Of a DNA stretch of 64,000 bases, positions 13,481 to 30,186 are shown in pieces. Source of the stretch: Bugula neritina (lineage: Eukaryota > Animalia > Bryozoa); the NCBI GenBank assembly GCA_964035545.1, contig OZ037772.1, forward strand, positions 5,584,233-5,648,232, in the 5' to 3' direction. Under the pieces are notes generated by a model. The model was not told where the DNA came from and made no database searches. It worked only from the letters and a program-made list of their open reading frames with translations. Position 1 is the first letter of the stretch. The number at the start of each line of letters is the position of its first letter. The position numbers were made by a program, and so were the translations under genes.

Positions 13481-16400
13481 ATGGCTTCTAAACCACAACC
13501 AATGGTGAGATGTACTATTTGTTTATCTCAACTCAAGCTAGAGGAATGTAAGGCATTACCTTGTACTCACCCACACTGTGACAAGTGTTTGAATGAAATC
13601 TATGGAAGGCTGAATGCTCTTAAATGTGGAATATGTCGGTAGGTGAATAATATCATAACATATAGTATAATATGTTACATAATGTCATACATTTCATAAT
13701 ATAATCTTTATCAATAATTTCATGGTTCATGCTATGTACAGTAGATATCCCAATTTATATAATATTAACAAGTAGAATAAGCCGATATTGGCATATTTGT
13801 ATCATAGGTAAGAATTTTTATAAGAATTTTATTTGTATTATAGGAATTTTATTATTTGCAGTATATATAATACAATCAGGTGCTTTACGTAGATACAGTA
13901 TTGTGAAGATCGTTTTGATTGCTACCACAATTGCAGTTGAAGGTCATTAGAGTAGCGTTTCAGTAATTTTAGTGCTTAATATGGAAAGCTACCTTGTTAA
14001 TCACAATGTCTCATAAAGTTTCACTACATTTGAGGTCCTAATCGGCACTACAAAGCTGGTCTCAATTTTTTTGTTTTAAGTTTTTGTAAGTTGAATTATT
14101 CACAATGTAATAAAATCATCATTAAGTAGATTAGGTTTGAAAGTAATTTCATTGTTCGAATGTGTGGAGGTAGTTTTTAGGCAGTTTTTCAACACCTGCC
14201 ACCTTCTTAGATTTAGATTGTGAATAGTAGATGAATGTATTGGTATGAGGAATGTTAAACAAAACACGCTTTGTTTTCTTATTCTTTTGAAAACTAGTCG
14301 AGCTTTTATAGTTTTGTGAGTGAAGTAGTGATAATATAAGACACAAGAAACACAAAGAAATTGCACCCAATAGATGGATTGTTACATACAATGTAACTCT
14401 TTTATTTTCTAATTATTCCAATCCTTTAATTTTTAGTTGCATGCATAGCCAAGTCCTATAACCCAGTAGCTGTATGATTTGAATCAAGTTTATTTTATCA
14501 GGGCAGAATCACAATAATAAATGTTCGTACTGCCACATGATTTATTATATGTAGTCTGTTGTGTAATAAAATATATCTTATAATCAGGTGGTGCTATAAA
14601 GAAGTTTGCAAATCGTAAATTTGTCTCATTGTGACATTATAGTAGGAGTTGTGTGACTTAATATGGCAGCTTTGAGATGAGTTGTAATGTATCCTGTACA
14701 GAGACCTATAGTTTGCTTTACTGTGAATTCAACAGGGATATTGTATGTCAGTATGACATGGTACTATAACCAGAGTGTAGGGATTTAGATACCGATAGTT
14801 GTATATCATAAATGATTTACAAAAAGAAGAGGAACACAGTTATTTGATTGACTGAATGTTGATAGCAAGCTTTCTTACTTAATCCTTAAGTCAAAGTATT
14901 AGAATGTATTCAGGTTGTCAATGACTACGTTTAAATCAAAAGCTAGTCAGTTCAAGTTCTCCAATGTAATATATTAGAGATCAATGGAGCATATCAATGA
15001 GATGTAATGCCTTACTAAACATACTTTGTTATTGAACAACCTGAATGCTATTTGGAAATAACTTAGCTTTTCTAGTTATAGAAAGTTGTGACAATAGAGA
15101 AAAACAACATTAATAAACACTGAGATTTGTACACAATTGTTCTATTGTTATTTGTTCAATGGAGATCTTTGATTTTTTAACTCTATTATTTTTATGAATA
15201 ACTTGTACAATGAAGCATTGGTTCAGTAATTGTGTATAGAGTCGAATAGATTTTATCAGAATAATTTGTCACAATAATAAATATTATGCAAAGCAAGACT
15301 GAGTGCTAAATGTGTTTAATCAAAGCACTCCGAACCAATTCCATTTTACTATGACATGTTTAATGCAAGTTTACATCATCCATAGAATATCCCAGCGCCA
15401 ATATTACTAAAAGTTGCATGTCATTTGATATATTGAGATGTGTAAAATAGGAGCTAGTAAAAATTATTTTCAAAAGACTTTGAGAAATGTTTGTTCAGTC
15501 TACAGATCTATATAGTTGTTCTACAGTGGCTTATAGATGGAAACATTGTTCTCCCTATACATAATCAAAAGTGATACTGTTAATATGGAAAGAGCCAGCA
15601 TTACAATATTCTCTTCTTGAAGAATTTATAATGGCACATTTTTTATGTCATAATATATTGGAATATTCAATTATATCTCAGTTTTACTCTACAGAATATT
15701 TGAACGCTTTTATAAGACGCAAGCAAGTTTGTTCTAGAAACAACTTTGAATTAATTTGAAATTTTTGATTGCTTGTTGGTAAAACCTATAACAGGTTATA
15801 TAAGGCTAGTGGCATTTTAGAATTATTATTAAAAATTAATTTTAGGATTTCATTGCATGCTATTTTTAGCCGCAATAGTTGCAACACACAAGAGCAACCA
15901 TGGTCTAGACTTTAGTGTTGCTCTAATCATGTGTAGTGAGTCTTACATGGGTCTAATTAAAAAAAAATGTATACACAAGGGCAGGTATTTTAAGATAAGC
16001 AGGATTTTAATTTAGCAATAATAAATTTAGCAATAGTTGGTTATTTATTATACCTTGTTGTATCATTGTATCGTAACAAAACTTATATAGCAGATAATGT
16101 TGCATGTATTCATCATTTATATTACAGACAAGTGTTCAATACAACACCTGATAAGTTACCAACAGCGGACCAGATGAAACAGATAGATAAGTATATACTC
16201 TGTGAAGTCTGTACAGAGTCAGGAGTGAATAATACACCTGCTCTGGTGCATTGTTTAGTTTGTTCCAAACTATTTTGTGCTAAACATGTCATTGTAAGTG
16301 AACACTCAGTAATTGTTTTCTGTATATGTTCTTTTATGTTTAGTATAACTGGATAGGTGTAGCAACCCGCTTTGTTTCAAAATAGTATTAAATCAAAAAT

Positions 16401-19400
16401 TTGGATTTTTAATATGTTTTGCTGAGAAAAAATTTGCTGGTTTCACAAAAAAAACTCTACAATATTTTATTTAAAAAACTTTTCAACAAATTAAACAAAA
16501 ATAATCATTCATTTTCGTCTATGTTCTCACATGAATTTAGATTTTAAAATATTATATTAGATTACCAAACATCACACTTTAATTAACTATACTTTGGATA
16601 AAGTTAGGAGCAAAAGGACATAACTCTCATTCCTAACCAAACACAACATTCATACTACTATGAACTATCATATCATGCTGCACAATATAGCTTTATATAA
16701 TTTTTGAATGAGTTACGTAACTATGGGTGTATATCTTGTACATATGTACAAGATATACACCCATAGTTACGTAACTCATTCAAAAATTATACATAATAAA
16801 AACAGGATTTATGTATCATAATGGCTATATGCCTTGATGTTAACATATGTTAACATCAAGGCATATAGCCATTATGATACATAAATCCTGTTTTTATTAT
16901 GTATAATGTCATCAATAAATTAAGTACTATACCCCATAATATAACTCTGTTATAGGATCATGACGTTGTGTCTGAAGAACACTCTAGAATAAATATGACA
17001 GAGTACAAAGCTCGTGCTGCTAAATTAGAGAAGAGAATGTGTGAGACACATGCAGACGTAGAGTATTCTTTGGGTTGTAAAGTCTGTCTCAAACTACTCT
17101 GTACTCAATGTGTATCTACAGCTGGTGTATGTGATGACGGTAAGTGTCTATTCTTCTGTTTACTTGCTATATATATTACATGATTCAGGTACACAACAGC
17201 TTATACATTACTTTGTATATATTACTTTAGGTACATCACAGCATATACTCTTGACATTGAAAGATTTAACAATGCAGCTGGTGGAAGTCACAAAGTTAAA
17301 GACAAGAGAAGGCGACTTATCTGGTTATTACAAACAGATAGCTGCAAGCATTGATGGGTTCAGAACTGAAACCAAAAATTTATTGGTTTTGATAAGGACA
17401 CAGCGTGATGATCAGGTGATTATTACATGGTTTTTAAGTTTGATATAATTATAAAGATTATATTATAGAAGCTGTGAGGGTTTGTTTATAGTTCTCTGTA
17501 TAGCCATCTGAGATAAGTTACTTTTTGGGAAATGTAAGATGATTATACACTCAGACACTCTTCAAATTTTTCTAGCTTGTCTAACATTTAATGTGACTGT
17601 ATTTAGATAGCAGCTATTCAACAGAAGTATGACGAATTAGAGAAAGAACTAATGGAGAAGAGAGAAAAGACTGAGAGTCAAGCAGTGAATTTCATGGTAG
17701 AGAAAGTAGGGGTTAGATATCGTGAGCTGTATAATCACAGAGAAGGAATCGAGGCTAAGTTAGACCAAAGTCATGAGGTTAGCTACAGAGTATGGATGGA
17801 TAGTAGATATTATGGTGTGTGTATCTGTGGCAGTTTGATATTTTATATTTAACATCTTATATAGATCATTCAAGTAATATAAATAGATATAATGTAATAA
17901 AAAGAATTCTCGATACTATATAGAATACTGCATAATACTACAGCATACTGTATAACACTATGTAACACTGTATAATACTATAGGACACTGTATATAATAC
18001 TATAGGATACTGTATAATACTATAGGACACTGTATGATCTATGTAGGGCACAGCAGATATTTAGTGTAGAGTTTGTCCATTCGTTTGTAAATGCTTCTTG
18101 TTCTAAATTGTGCTTTTCAATCTCGATATTGCAATTTTTTGCATTGCAACGCATATTAATGCAATGCTGCTTTTTAGATGGTTTTGTTGGTTTCAAATAC
18201 AGCATTATTGTTGGTCTTATTGTTCATACTCAACACTGGCGTTCTCTATAATAGCATACAACTTCCAAACACCTGCTACACAGTGTCACATTGTATGTAT
18301 ATGTAATATTGTTAGGTTGACATCATCAAGTCATATGGTGATATGAAGAAGGAGATTGATAGACTGTTGACAGAAGAGGTTCCTAAGTTGGCACATTTTG
18401 ATCTTGTAACATCTGTGGAGGTCAAAGGTCAGTTTTATATATGTTAAAGGTCAGTTTTATGTTATCAATATGCAAAACTACTTAAAACAAGATAATGAAT
18501 AGCTTAATAACCCTATTTATTTTTATGACACTTTTATATCTAACCGTATTTATGTAACCTAATTAAGTAATTATATTTTGACTTTTGAATATGAGGTATA
18601 TATGCATGTTAGCTATAGCTACATTTCAAACTGTTACATTTTCATCATCTTGTATTTCACTTTTTTGATCTGTGTTGTAAAAATATATTATAAATACTGA
18701 TTCAATTTAACGTGGTGTTAAGGCACTATTATTTTCAAAAACTAGGTTTGTACTATTGCCACACTACACCCCTACGTACACCCCTACAAGATCCTATTAA
18801 ACCAATTTATATGGTAAATAATGTTAGTGGGAATCTTTAGTATTTAATTTACACTGAGGAGGAAGTGGCCTACATGTCCCCCATCTGTATACTTCTCTCA
18901 ACTACATTATAGATTTACACACTTGTGCAATAGCTGTGCTTACTCTTGGAGAATACTAATATACAAGTTTTTGGTGAACATAACCTAATTTAATATAGTA
19001 GTATATCACTAAATAGAATATCATTAGAATTGATTTTAATATTTTGTTGACATGAACACAGCTGCTGATTTTTTTCCGCAGTAAATTTTTTTCAATAGTT
19101 GATTGCCATAAAAATAATCTGGTCCAAAAAATCAAAATTATAAAAGTGCACGATACTGGCAGTGTTGCTATAGCACTACTGTTTGTGTAGTGATGCACAA
19201 AGATATACATGTATGTTTACATATCTGCTAGTTTTTCTGATGTATCCGCTGTCTTATATATTATATTACCATGTCATGCATGTCAATATTTTATCACAGA
19301 GGAGAAAAGATATACCGAGATTGAGTTGACCAATGAAAGAACAGCAAGTATAACTCCTGAACAAGGACTGGTTGTCTCACTTCTACCACCCAAGTCTGTA

Positions 19401-20265
19401 GAACTGATAAACTCTGTTGAAGTTTCTCAATGCTGCGAGTCCGTCCACACCTATAGAGGTATCACATATGCTGGGTGTTATGGAGGTGTAGACAGGATAG
19501 ATGAGAACAACAAAGTTACTGAATCATTCATCTCTATTAAGGGTAGCATTGTGTGGAGTATCTCAGTACATAATGATAGGATGTATACTCTGTCTTCTGA
19601 TTCAACTGTAAGAGTTCATGACCTTGAAGGCAAGACTATCACCAGTTGGACTCATGCAGATAGAAAAACAGCGTGGATGAATCAGCTAGCCATCATAAAC
19701 AATCAGATAGCTATTCCTGACAGGCTGAATAAGACTCTAGTACTCTACTCTCTGAATGGGGAAGTAGTAAACACTTTACCCTGTCCTCTACTCACTGATA
19801 CTGCTGTATGTCTGTCTGCTGCAGATAACAACTCAGTTATTATATCTCAGTATCACTCATCTCTAGTATACAAAGTAGACACCTCATCAGGTGACATTAT
19901 CTGGCAGTGTAAGGATGTGGCTAAACCTCGTGGAGTGACCTGCTATAGAGATGAGTCTGTACTTGTGGCTGATTATACTGAACCTACCACACTCTGTGTG
20001 CTATCATTACATACAGGTTAGTTACTGTGTAGCATACACATAGTTTACAATATACCTGCATTATTATTTGATGAAATGAGTTCATTCATATAATTTATAT
20101 ATTTCCTACAAATAAACTGCACTCTTTTTATATTATCTTTGATTCCTAAAAAAGAACATTATGAATTTTATCTCAACAGGCAAGTTACTAACCAGGATAT
20201 CTACTATAAAGAGTCACATACCTGATCTCCACGTCAATGGCTCTATTCTAGTAATTCCAGTATAA
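13481..20265 (+). CDS. TRIM gene copy B, 592 aa, last exon ends early after a +2 frameshift; exons 13481-13638, 16128-16293, 16956-17139, 17231-17415, 17607-17777, 18316-18427, 19300-20016, 20180-20265
   Basis: Same exon structure as copy A; in exon 8 cca gta taa stops before the conserved GQVKFYQLK tail, which survives in another frame. Confidence 0.88.
16696..16907. repeat. Two abutting perfect palindromes (16696-16791, 96 bp; 16786-16907, 122 bp)
   Basis: Both centred on catatg; arms checked by reverse complement. Confidence 0.95.
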
Positions 20266-22465
20266 GCTCTTATAATGGACAAGTCAAGTTCTATCAGCTA
20301 AAGTAAAAGTAAACTGATAGAGTGGGATTCTCAAGTAAAGGTCAGTAAATGTTGTTTCGAGTCCTTCTCTAATTCATGTTTCTAATGCTGCTTTGTATTG
20401 ATTAGTTTTACATCTTCTTATATAATATTTTGTGTTGTATTGCATTTTATTGCATAGAAATATTATGAATTTTTATAGTCTTATAATAATATTGTCGGTT
20501 ACCTATATAGTAGTGGACACATTATTACCAGTTATCTCCCCTCATTATATTTATCAATCAATAATTAAATTATAAAGCAACTGTTTACAATACTGTGTAT
20601 ATACTAATGTCTCATAGTATTATGTTATTATAACATGGCGGATATTGTATATACTAGACATCTCTGCTATGCTTTGTAGAACACAACATGTTGAGTCATA
20701 CATAAGGAGTTACCTTCCCAGTACGTCACTGCTTTAATGAGTCAACTAAGTCAGTTCACTTCACTATAGACGTCTGCATGTTTAACTTCCTACTTTACAG
20801 TAGACTACTAGACAGACTATAACCACGCGATCTGCCAATATAGTACAAGTAGTGTTTTTCATTCATTATCACTCAAGTTCTTGTACTGATGCATTATATA
20901 CAGGAAAATCCAGGTTATTGTGCGTTATATCAATTATACACAATCTTTTTCTATAATTAATCTGTAAACTTTATAGGCTATAAAGTTTTTAATGGTGGTG
21001 GCTACATATATATTATGTACTTTAAATTTGCAAAATTTTCTTTCAATTTCCTATTATTTTCTATCTTGACTATAAACTTTTGTTATTTGCAATTATCCAG
21101 CCAAATTAATTGTGTCTATGTTTGCTGTCTTAGAAATTACTAATGCATTAGATTTTGTTTATAATATGAACAGATTGCTGTGTTGCATTGAGATATGATA
21201 TGCTGTGAAGCTGTTTTTAGTTATTATATGGAGTTATTATCAGTATAACAAGAAATAGCACATCATATTCTTACAATATTATGCAGTTCCTTTGATAAAG
21301 ATAGGATTAATTTTTAATTATCAGTTGATTCTCTGTTTAATAAAGAGAAATCCAAAAATTATACCCAGTTTTACATTGAATACTGTGTAATATTTTTGTT
21401 ATCACCTTCTATAAAATATCGCACATCTATTAGACATGTTACAAATATAGGAATTGGTCAGCAGTTCATAAACAATCAATTTTTATTTAGTATAAACTGT
21501 TTTAGTACTCTGCAAAAACTCCATTTTATAAAACTTTGTGGAACCTATCTTAATACATGTGAATAGCCACTTTCCTAGAGATTAAAGCCACTAATAATTT
21601 GAGTGCAGCCTAACTCGCCTTATTTTTTCAGCTTGTTATGCAGTGTACTATTAAATGATATTATAAGCTAGAATTGAAGGTTTCACTTAAAAGTTCTTGC
21701 TACAAAAGATATGGCAGCTGATATTTCTACAAACCTAAACTATACCCTTCATTTCGCTAAAAAGCAAAAAATTTCTATCTACAAAGTACTGACGTACAGA
21801 GATATTTTTTTCAGTAAGGGATTATTATTTATAATTTGAATGTTATATTATAATAAAAGCAGAGATCAAGCCAAAACGGTGTCTGCTTCGCACAAGAAAC
21901 TAAGTTTCAGGTAAAGTTTTGTCAACCATCACATTCTGTTCACCAAAACTCTTTAAACATTTCTACAAACTCAAATTGATTTCCATGCAGCAACAACAAT
22001 CAAACTGACATGTTATATTATATATCAGACCATATGATATAAAATTTAACGCTTTAGTATTATCTTTTGTGTGCTTCTTGTAACCTTCCATCTCTACTAT
22101 AATATTATATATAGTAAACATTGTACAAAGCATATTATAGTTGCTATTAATTAGAGTTGTATCTACTGTGGTGAGTTACCTTATAATATTATAGGTCAGA
22201 GCTGTTTAAGCAGTGAGAAGGAAGTATATATAATCTGAGTATAGTTATAGAAATATTAGAAGACATGTTCTGTCTATTTAATAATCAACACTGTTACATG
22301 CTACCTCTGCTGCAATATTCATGTGTTTTAACTCAACATATACAAGCAACACTTCATGGAGCTGGTCACATCTTAGTAATACTACAGTAGAAATAATAAA
22401 TATATTTGGGTGATATTTACTATAGTAATAAGTCACTCTCTCTTTAATTGGTGGAAGAAATTGAT

Positions 22466-22585
22466 AAATACAATGTAATGCTATACAATAAAACACAATA
22501 CAATGCTATACAATAAAATACAATACAATGCTACACAATAAAATACAATGCAATGCTATACAATAAAATACAATACAATGCTACA
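22466..22585. repeat. (caata/caatg)n pentamer-based simple repeat at the end of TRIM-unit homology
   Basis: Repeats of caataaaatacaatacaatgctata. Confidence 0.85.
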
Positions 22586-22807
22586 GATAATAATTGTTCT
22601 ATATATATAAGTTAGTATAAGCTAACAATACCTTTTAAAAACACATCAGTAACAATAAGATTGAACTCTAAAGAAAGCCGTCTATTGAACTTCAAAATGA
22701 ACTGAGAATTGAATGGCTAAATATTTCTAGTTTTTCCATTTAATTTTTGCTTTGTGATTAAATTAATTATTGGTTTAAAGTAGAATATAACATCTGAAAA
22801 ATGACAT

Positions 22808-24600
22808 TGTCACCATGTTTCCATACATCAAATAGATTCTCATGGATGGATTACAAAGCACTAATACATTAGTAGTCAATTCATATCATATTCTAACCAA
22901 ATTTTTTACACCCTGGCCACTGATAATGAGCCACACTGCTTCAGCATTTAGTTTGTCCTGTGCATTATGCATGCCAAATTCTTGCTATTTGAAATAAGCC
23001 ATTGATCATATGTAATTAGATAAATGATTATGAGCTAAAAATTAGTTTGCTTAGATTCTATTGAAACTTTAGACGAGTTCATCATGTGACCTTGAACTAT
23101 TGAAACCGGCCACCATAGAGAGATGCTACTCGTTCGTAATTGTTGATCAACTAAATGCAGCACATGGGTTGTGATTTTATTCCATTGATAATGTTCCTTT
23201 GCATAAAATGAAAAACCTCCATTAGCAAAATTCCGAAGCATGGAGACGTGGTGAGTGGCATTGAATGTAGCAGAATGATATAATGATATAGTTCGGATAG
23301 TGAAAGAACTACTAAGCATGGTCAACAAGTACAACACAAACATGACGTAGGACTTGGTATCTCCCACAGCAATTACTAACCCTATTAGTTCAGTTTCACT
23401 TCAGCTGATAGAAATTAATAGACGTAAGTATATTATAGTATATAGGATAGTATCCCACCACCGGTGGTGAAAGGTGACCAAGGGGACCACATAGTATAGT
23501 ATAGTATAGTGTAGTATAGTATATAGTATAGTATAGTATATAGCAGTATAGCGCAGCACAGCGCAGCGCAGTGTAGCGTATAGTAGACATATATATTATG
23601 TCAGATAATTTATGCTGCGCAGCTTATACTTTGCTTTCAGTCTATATATATTATTTCAATCAAGAACAAATCTAAGACATAGATTATGGGGTATTATAAT
23701 ACGTAATATATAGTTTTACTATTAGTCTTTCTGTACATCAATGTCTGATTTATGTAAATTAGCTTATTTCGTTCAATGTATATTTGTTATTGTAGCTTTT
23801 CCTTTACTAATTTTAGGCATGCTAGAGGAATTCTCTTCTCTAGAAACTATCTACATGGTTGAATCATAGGCTGAACCTGTTCCTTCACTATAGAATTACT
23901 GCTCATTTTAGTTTCTTATTCACCAGTTGACTTGGAACCCGGACTATATTTACATGCTTCTAACAAAATATTGTGCACTCTCTCATTACTTAAACAATTT
24001 ATTTACACATTTATTTATAAATTTTATATACTAATGGTTCTTTTGTGAATTGAGATTGGAGATCTCAAGCGCTTCATGACATCCTTCATTAATCAAACTT
24101 GGGCTACAAATTCATCCGGATGTATTTTATCAACTTTCTCTGGTTGCTGATAAAAAATTACACCAAATATTAAACCTATCATAAACTTGCTTTATAGTAT
24201 AAACCCTAAACTATTATGGCTATAGCTATTATTATTATTTTGATCTGAGATTCTAGTGTGTTTATTGATATATGATCATTACAGAGAATGCTCCTCAAAG
24301 GGTATGATCATTAATGAACTATAATTACAATTTACAACTATAAGAAGTTTTAGTTTATTGGGATAATCTTACATCACACTGGAGCTAGTGCACTATTTGA
24401 CTCGCCTCTGCGCAATTAAGAAGGAGTTATGCTCTACCTAAATGTGCGTATTACATAACACAGAACTATTTGCGTCTTTAAAGACACCGGCTAGTTGCTA
24501 ATATACTGGTGTTAAAAACGACCTTATTGTACTCTAAATAGCCTAAAGTTGCCTCTAAATATTTACCTAAGCCAGTTTCACAATTTGTAAGGGTAGAGTA
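22808..24600 (-). pseudogene. Possible decayed multi-exon gene fragment divergent from the PTGES2 start
   Basis: Several minus-strand ag...gt bounded segments (e.g. ~22887-22987 QEFGMHNAQDKLNAEAVWLIISGQGVKNL, the 110-aa ORF 23035-23367, ~24373-24437); other segments have stops; product not recognised. Confidence 0.3.
23491..23586. repeat. (tatag)n/(cgcag)n pentamer microsatellite
   Basis: Direct inspection. Confidence 0.9.
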
Positions 24601-24662
24601 TTTATCAAGCGAAGGCTACTACAGCTGATCAAATTCGTACATTTAACAAAGATGGCAGCGCC

Positions 24663-26937
<2,275 letters not shown>

Positions 26938-27879
26938 GCAGCGCCCTGTGGCAAAAGAGGCAACCGAAGCTTTATTAATAATAATATCTTTCCCAGTTTG
27001 CAAAATGGTTTGCAACGAGTTCGTTATTCAAGCTATTCCAATACTCACACTGCTCTTGAAATTACTAGATATAAAAATAGTAGTTTTCTTAAAACTTTAG
27101 CTGTTGGCTCATCTAGCATTGTTGGAATAGTTTGTGGGCTGAAACTCAAAGTTAAATTAAATTCAACGAGTACAACCAATGCTGCTGCCTCTCATTCACT
27201 CTCGGATGCTGATAACAATTGCAGTTATCAAACTTTTGATACGATTGAGTGTCAAACTTTTAAATTGTCTAATGTTTTTGAAAATCTGAAACCCAGCAGC
27301 GTTTGGTCAATGTGTGCAAACTCTATGAAGTCTACAACTTTTCAACTGCCGAAGTTGAAAGTGAATGCAGCTGCTAAAGAGAATCAACTACCAGTGTCTG
27401 CTAATGCTATTGATTTTCAGTCTAGTGGCTCGTTAGACAAAGTACCGTGGCATTTTCATCACTCTCCTACTAAAAAGGTAACAATATTTTCAATTAATTT
27501 TAGCTTTCAAAAGTCAAAACACTTGAAATCAAATCGAGTCATCAGTCAATGATGGTAGTTTTTCTCTACTATTTTGTATTGTTTAAAGCACGAATAAAGC
27601 AGTTGGTACATTCTTATTTGCAAATTGAGCCAAATTTCAACAGATTTATAAAATTTGAATTTTACATTAATTTCAGTTTTGTATGAATAAAACACTACAA
27701 GTACTAGTGATTAACTACTAACGGATTTTAATACAAGTCAACACTTATTAGTTTCGGTCAGGCGATGGTTTAAATACAATCATTATACAATTCAATTTTA
27801 CAATTTATTTTGATTAAATAGATTAGTATACTAATTGAAGCTTTTAAAAATATTTTGTAATGCAAATAAGTCAAAATAA

Positions 27880-28062
<183 letters not shown>

Positions 28063-29905
28063 TAACTGGTAGAGTCAAATAGCACTTTGTTTCATTCAGA
28101 GTTATCTTCTCAACTCAACTATTCAGGTGGACTCTATTAGAAGAACTCAGAAGAAATGGACGAGTTATAAGAAGGTTCCAGTGTTGGTGTGTGATGGAGC
28201 AGGCCCTGATGGATTCCTGGTATGTGTTCAACTAACATATTTTAATTTGAAAAGAATCTGAATAATTAAACCATAGTTACATAAATAAGCTTGTATAACG
28301 AAACCACATGTTTTTGCCTAAATTAAGGTGCTTGTTTATTCCAAGTTGTTAAATGCCATTTTTAAAGAAAGATCTCTTAGCAGATCTTTTTGTAAAAATA
28401 ATTTCAAAGTTTTAAATTAGTCGTTCTGTTGTGAAGAATTCTAATTCAAGTGAAGTACTTGGTTTATATTTGTTTTATATTGATGATATTTTTGTAGCGA
28501 TATTGACAAACATATACTGCATTTAGGAAATTTTATTAGTTCAATATTCCTTGACTTATCACTTGCCAGTGTTGGTCTTGTTGATTTAATCATCACTTTT
28601 AATTAATAAAGCGTTTGAACTTTTAAAAATTATCTAGTCTATTGGTTAGAGTAATCAAGTCAGTGATTTGAGGAGCGTCAAGTATTCAAGTCCTTGTGAC
28701 TTGAACCTATCTCAGTCGACTCTAAACATGATGACTTGTACTTCTAGCAACTGAATGACTCATCAGTCATAGTCAGTGTCCTCGAGTCTCACAGACTTTC
28801 CTCCCTCCAGTCTAAAGAGAGCACCGTGACTTCACCTGACTTGGAGAAGTTTGTCTCCTACTACCCTGTGTTAGGTGAGGTCAAGGCCAATTAATTGTTG
28901 TAATAAGCAAGGTGAAGGTCATCAACACACTTTTGTATTTTATGTATAAAGATAGTAAATGGCATTTTGATGCTCCCGTTTTTTTTGTAGAATCAAAGGA
29001 GGGCAGAAAAACAGTCTATGAATTTCCTAATAAGTACTTTGTAATGTTTGGTGATGGAGAAATACCGAAGGAGTTGTCTGCTCTGAGGTAATCTAGAGAA
29101 TTCCAACTTCCATAAGAATTTCTTACAGGGATTCTGTTCATCAACCGCACATGCATGTTTAATTGCTAGACACTTTACATCTACTTTATGCTCCCTCCAC
29201 TAACTGCTTAGTTAACTTTAGCTATATAACTGAGTTGCATTTTTTGTCTAAATTAAGGTGCATGTTAATTCCAAGTTATTGAAAATACCATTTTTTGAAA
29301 AAAAAGTTGTTTAGCTGATATTTTCTTGTATTCTATTTAGGTATAGGTTTATAGAAGAGAATGTTACTTATTTTCAGTTACAGTAAATTGATATAAATTT
29401 TCTTGTATTGATCCAGAGAAGAGAGAGAGTGGAGAGAATGGGTAGACAATAACCTCGTACATATTCTCAGTCCTAATGCGTACAGAACTCTCTCAGAGGC
29501 AGTTCAGGTGTGTCTACTTTAGTGTATAATTGATTGTGTTCATCTTATTCTTTGAGTGTGGGTGTGGCTTGTTGGGTACAACCACATTTAGGTAGACATA
29601 GGCGTGCCTTGTGGGCGTGTCTTTTGTGGGCGTGTCTTTTGTGGGCATGTCTTGTGGGCGTGTCTTGTGGGTGTGGCTTGTTTGGTTCAACCAGTTTGAG
29701 TGCTGATTTAGCAAGACTGATTTACATGGGCGTGTCTTGTGGGCGTGTCTACAATGTATTCTCTCTTGTAGTCATTCAAGTGGTTCTCGGAGGTAGGAGA
29801 CTGGGAAACTGCGATGAGCAGCTGGTCAAGACTCGTTTGTATTTACTCTGGAGCTTTCGTCATGTGGGCAATCGGCGGTCGACTTAAAAGGAAGTAAGTG
29901 CTATG

Positions 29906-30075
29906 ATATAGTATATACTAAGTAAGTACAGTGGTATAGTATTTACTAAGTAAGTACAATGGTATAGTATTTACTAAGTAAGTACAGTGGTATAGTATTT
30001 ACTAAGTAAGTACAATGGTATAGTATATACTAAGTAAGTACAATGGTATAGTATTTACTAAGTAAGTACAGTAGT
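29906..30075. repeat. 26-bp minisatellite, short (about 6 units) version
   Basis: Same unit as 389-1268. Confidence 0.93.
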
Positions 30076-30186
30076 GCACTGTATTCGGTGTCTATCATCC
30101 CACCTATTATGTCGATTTTTGTTTCTGTTACATGCTTGTGAAATGAGTGTTTTTATCACTCGACTGTATTATTACTAGAATCACAG

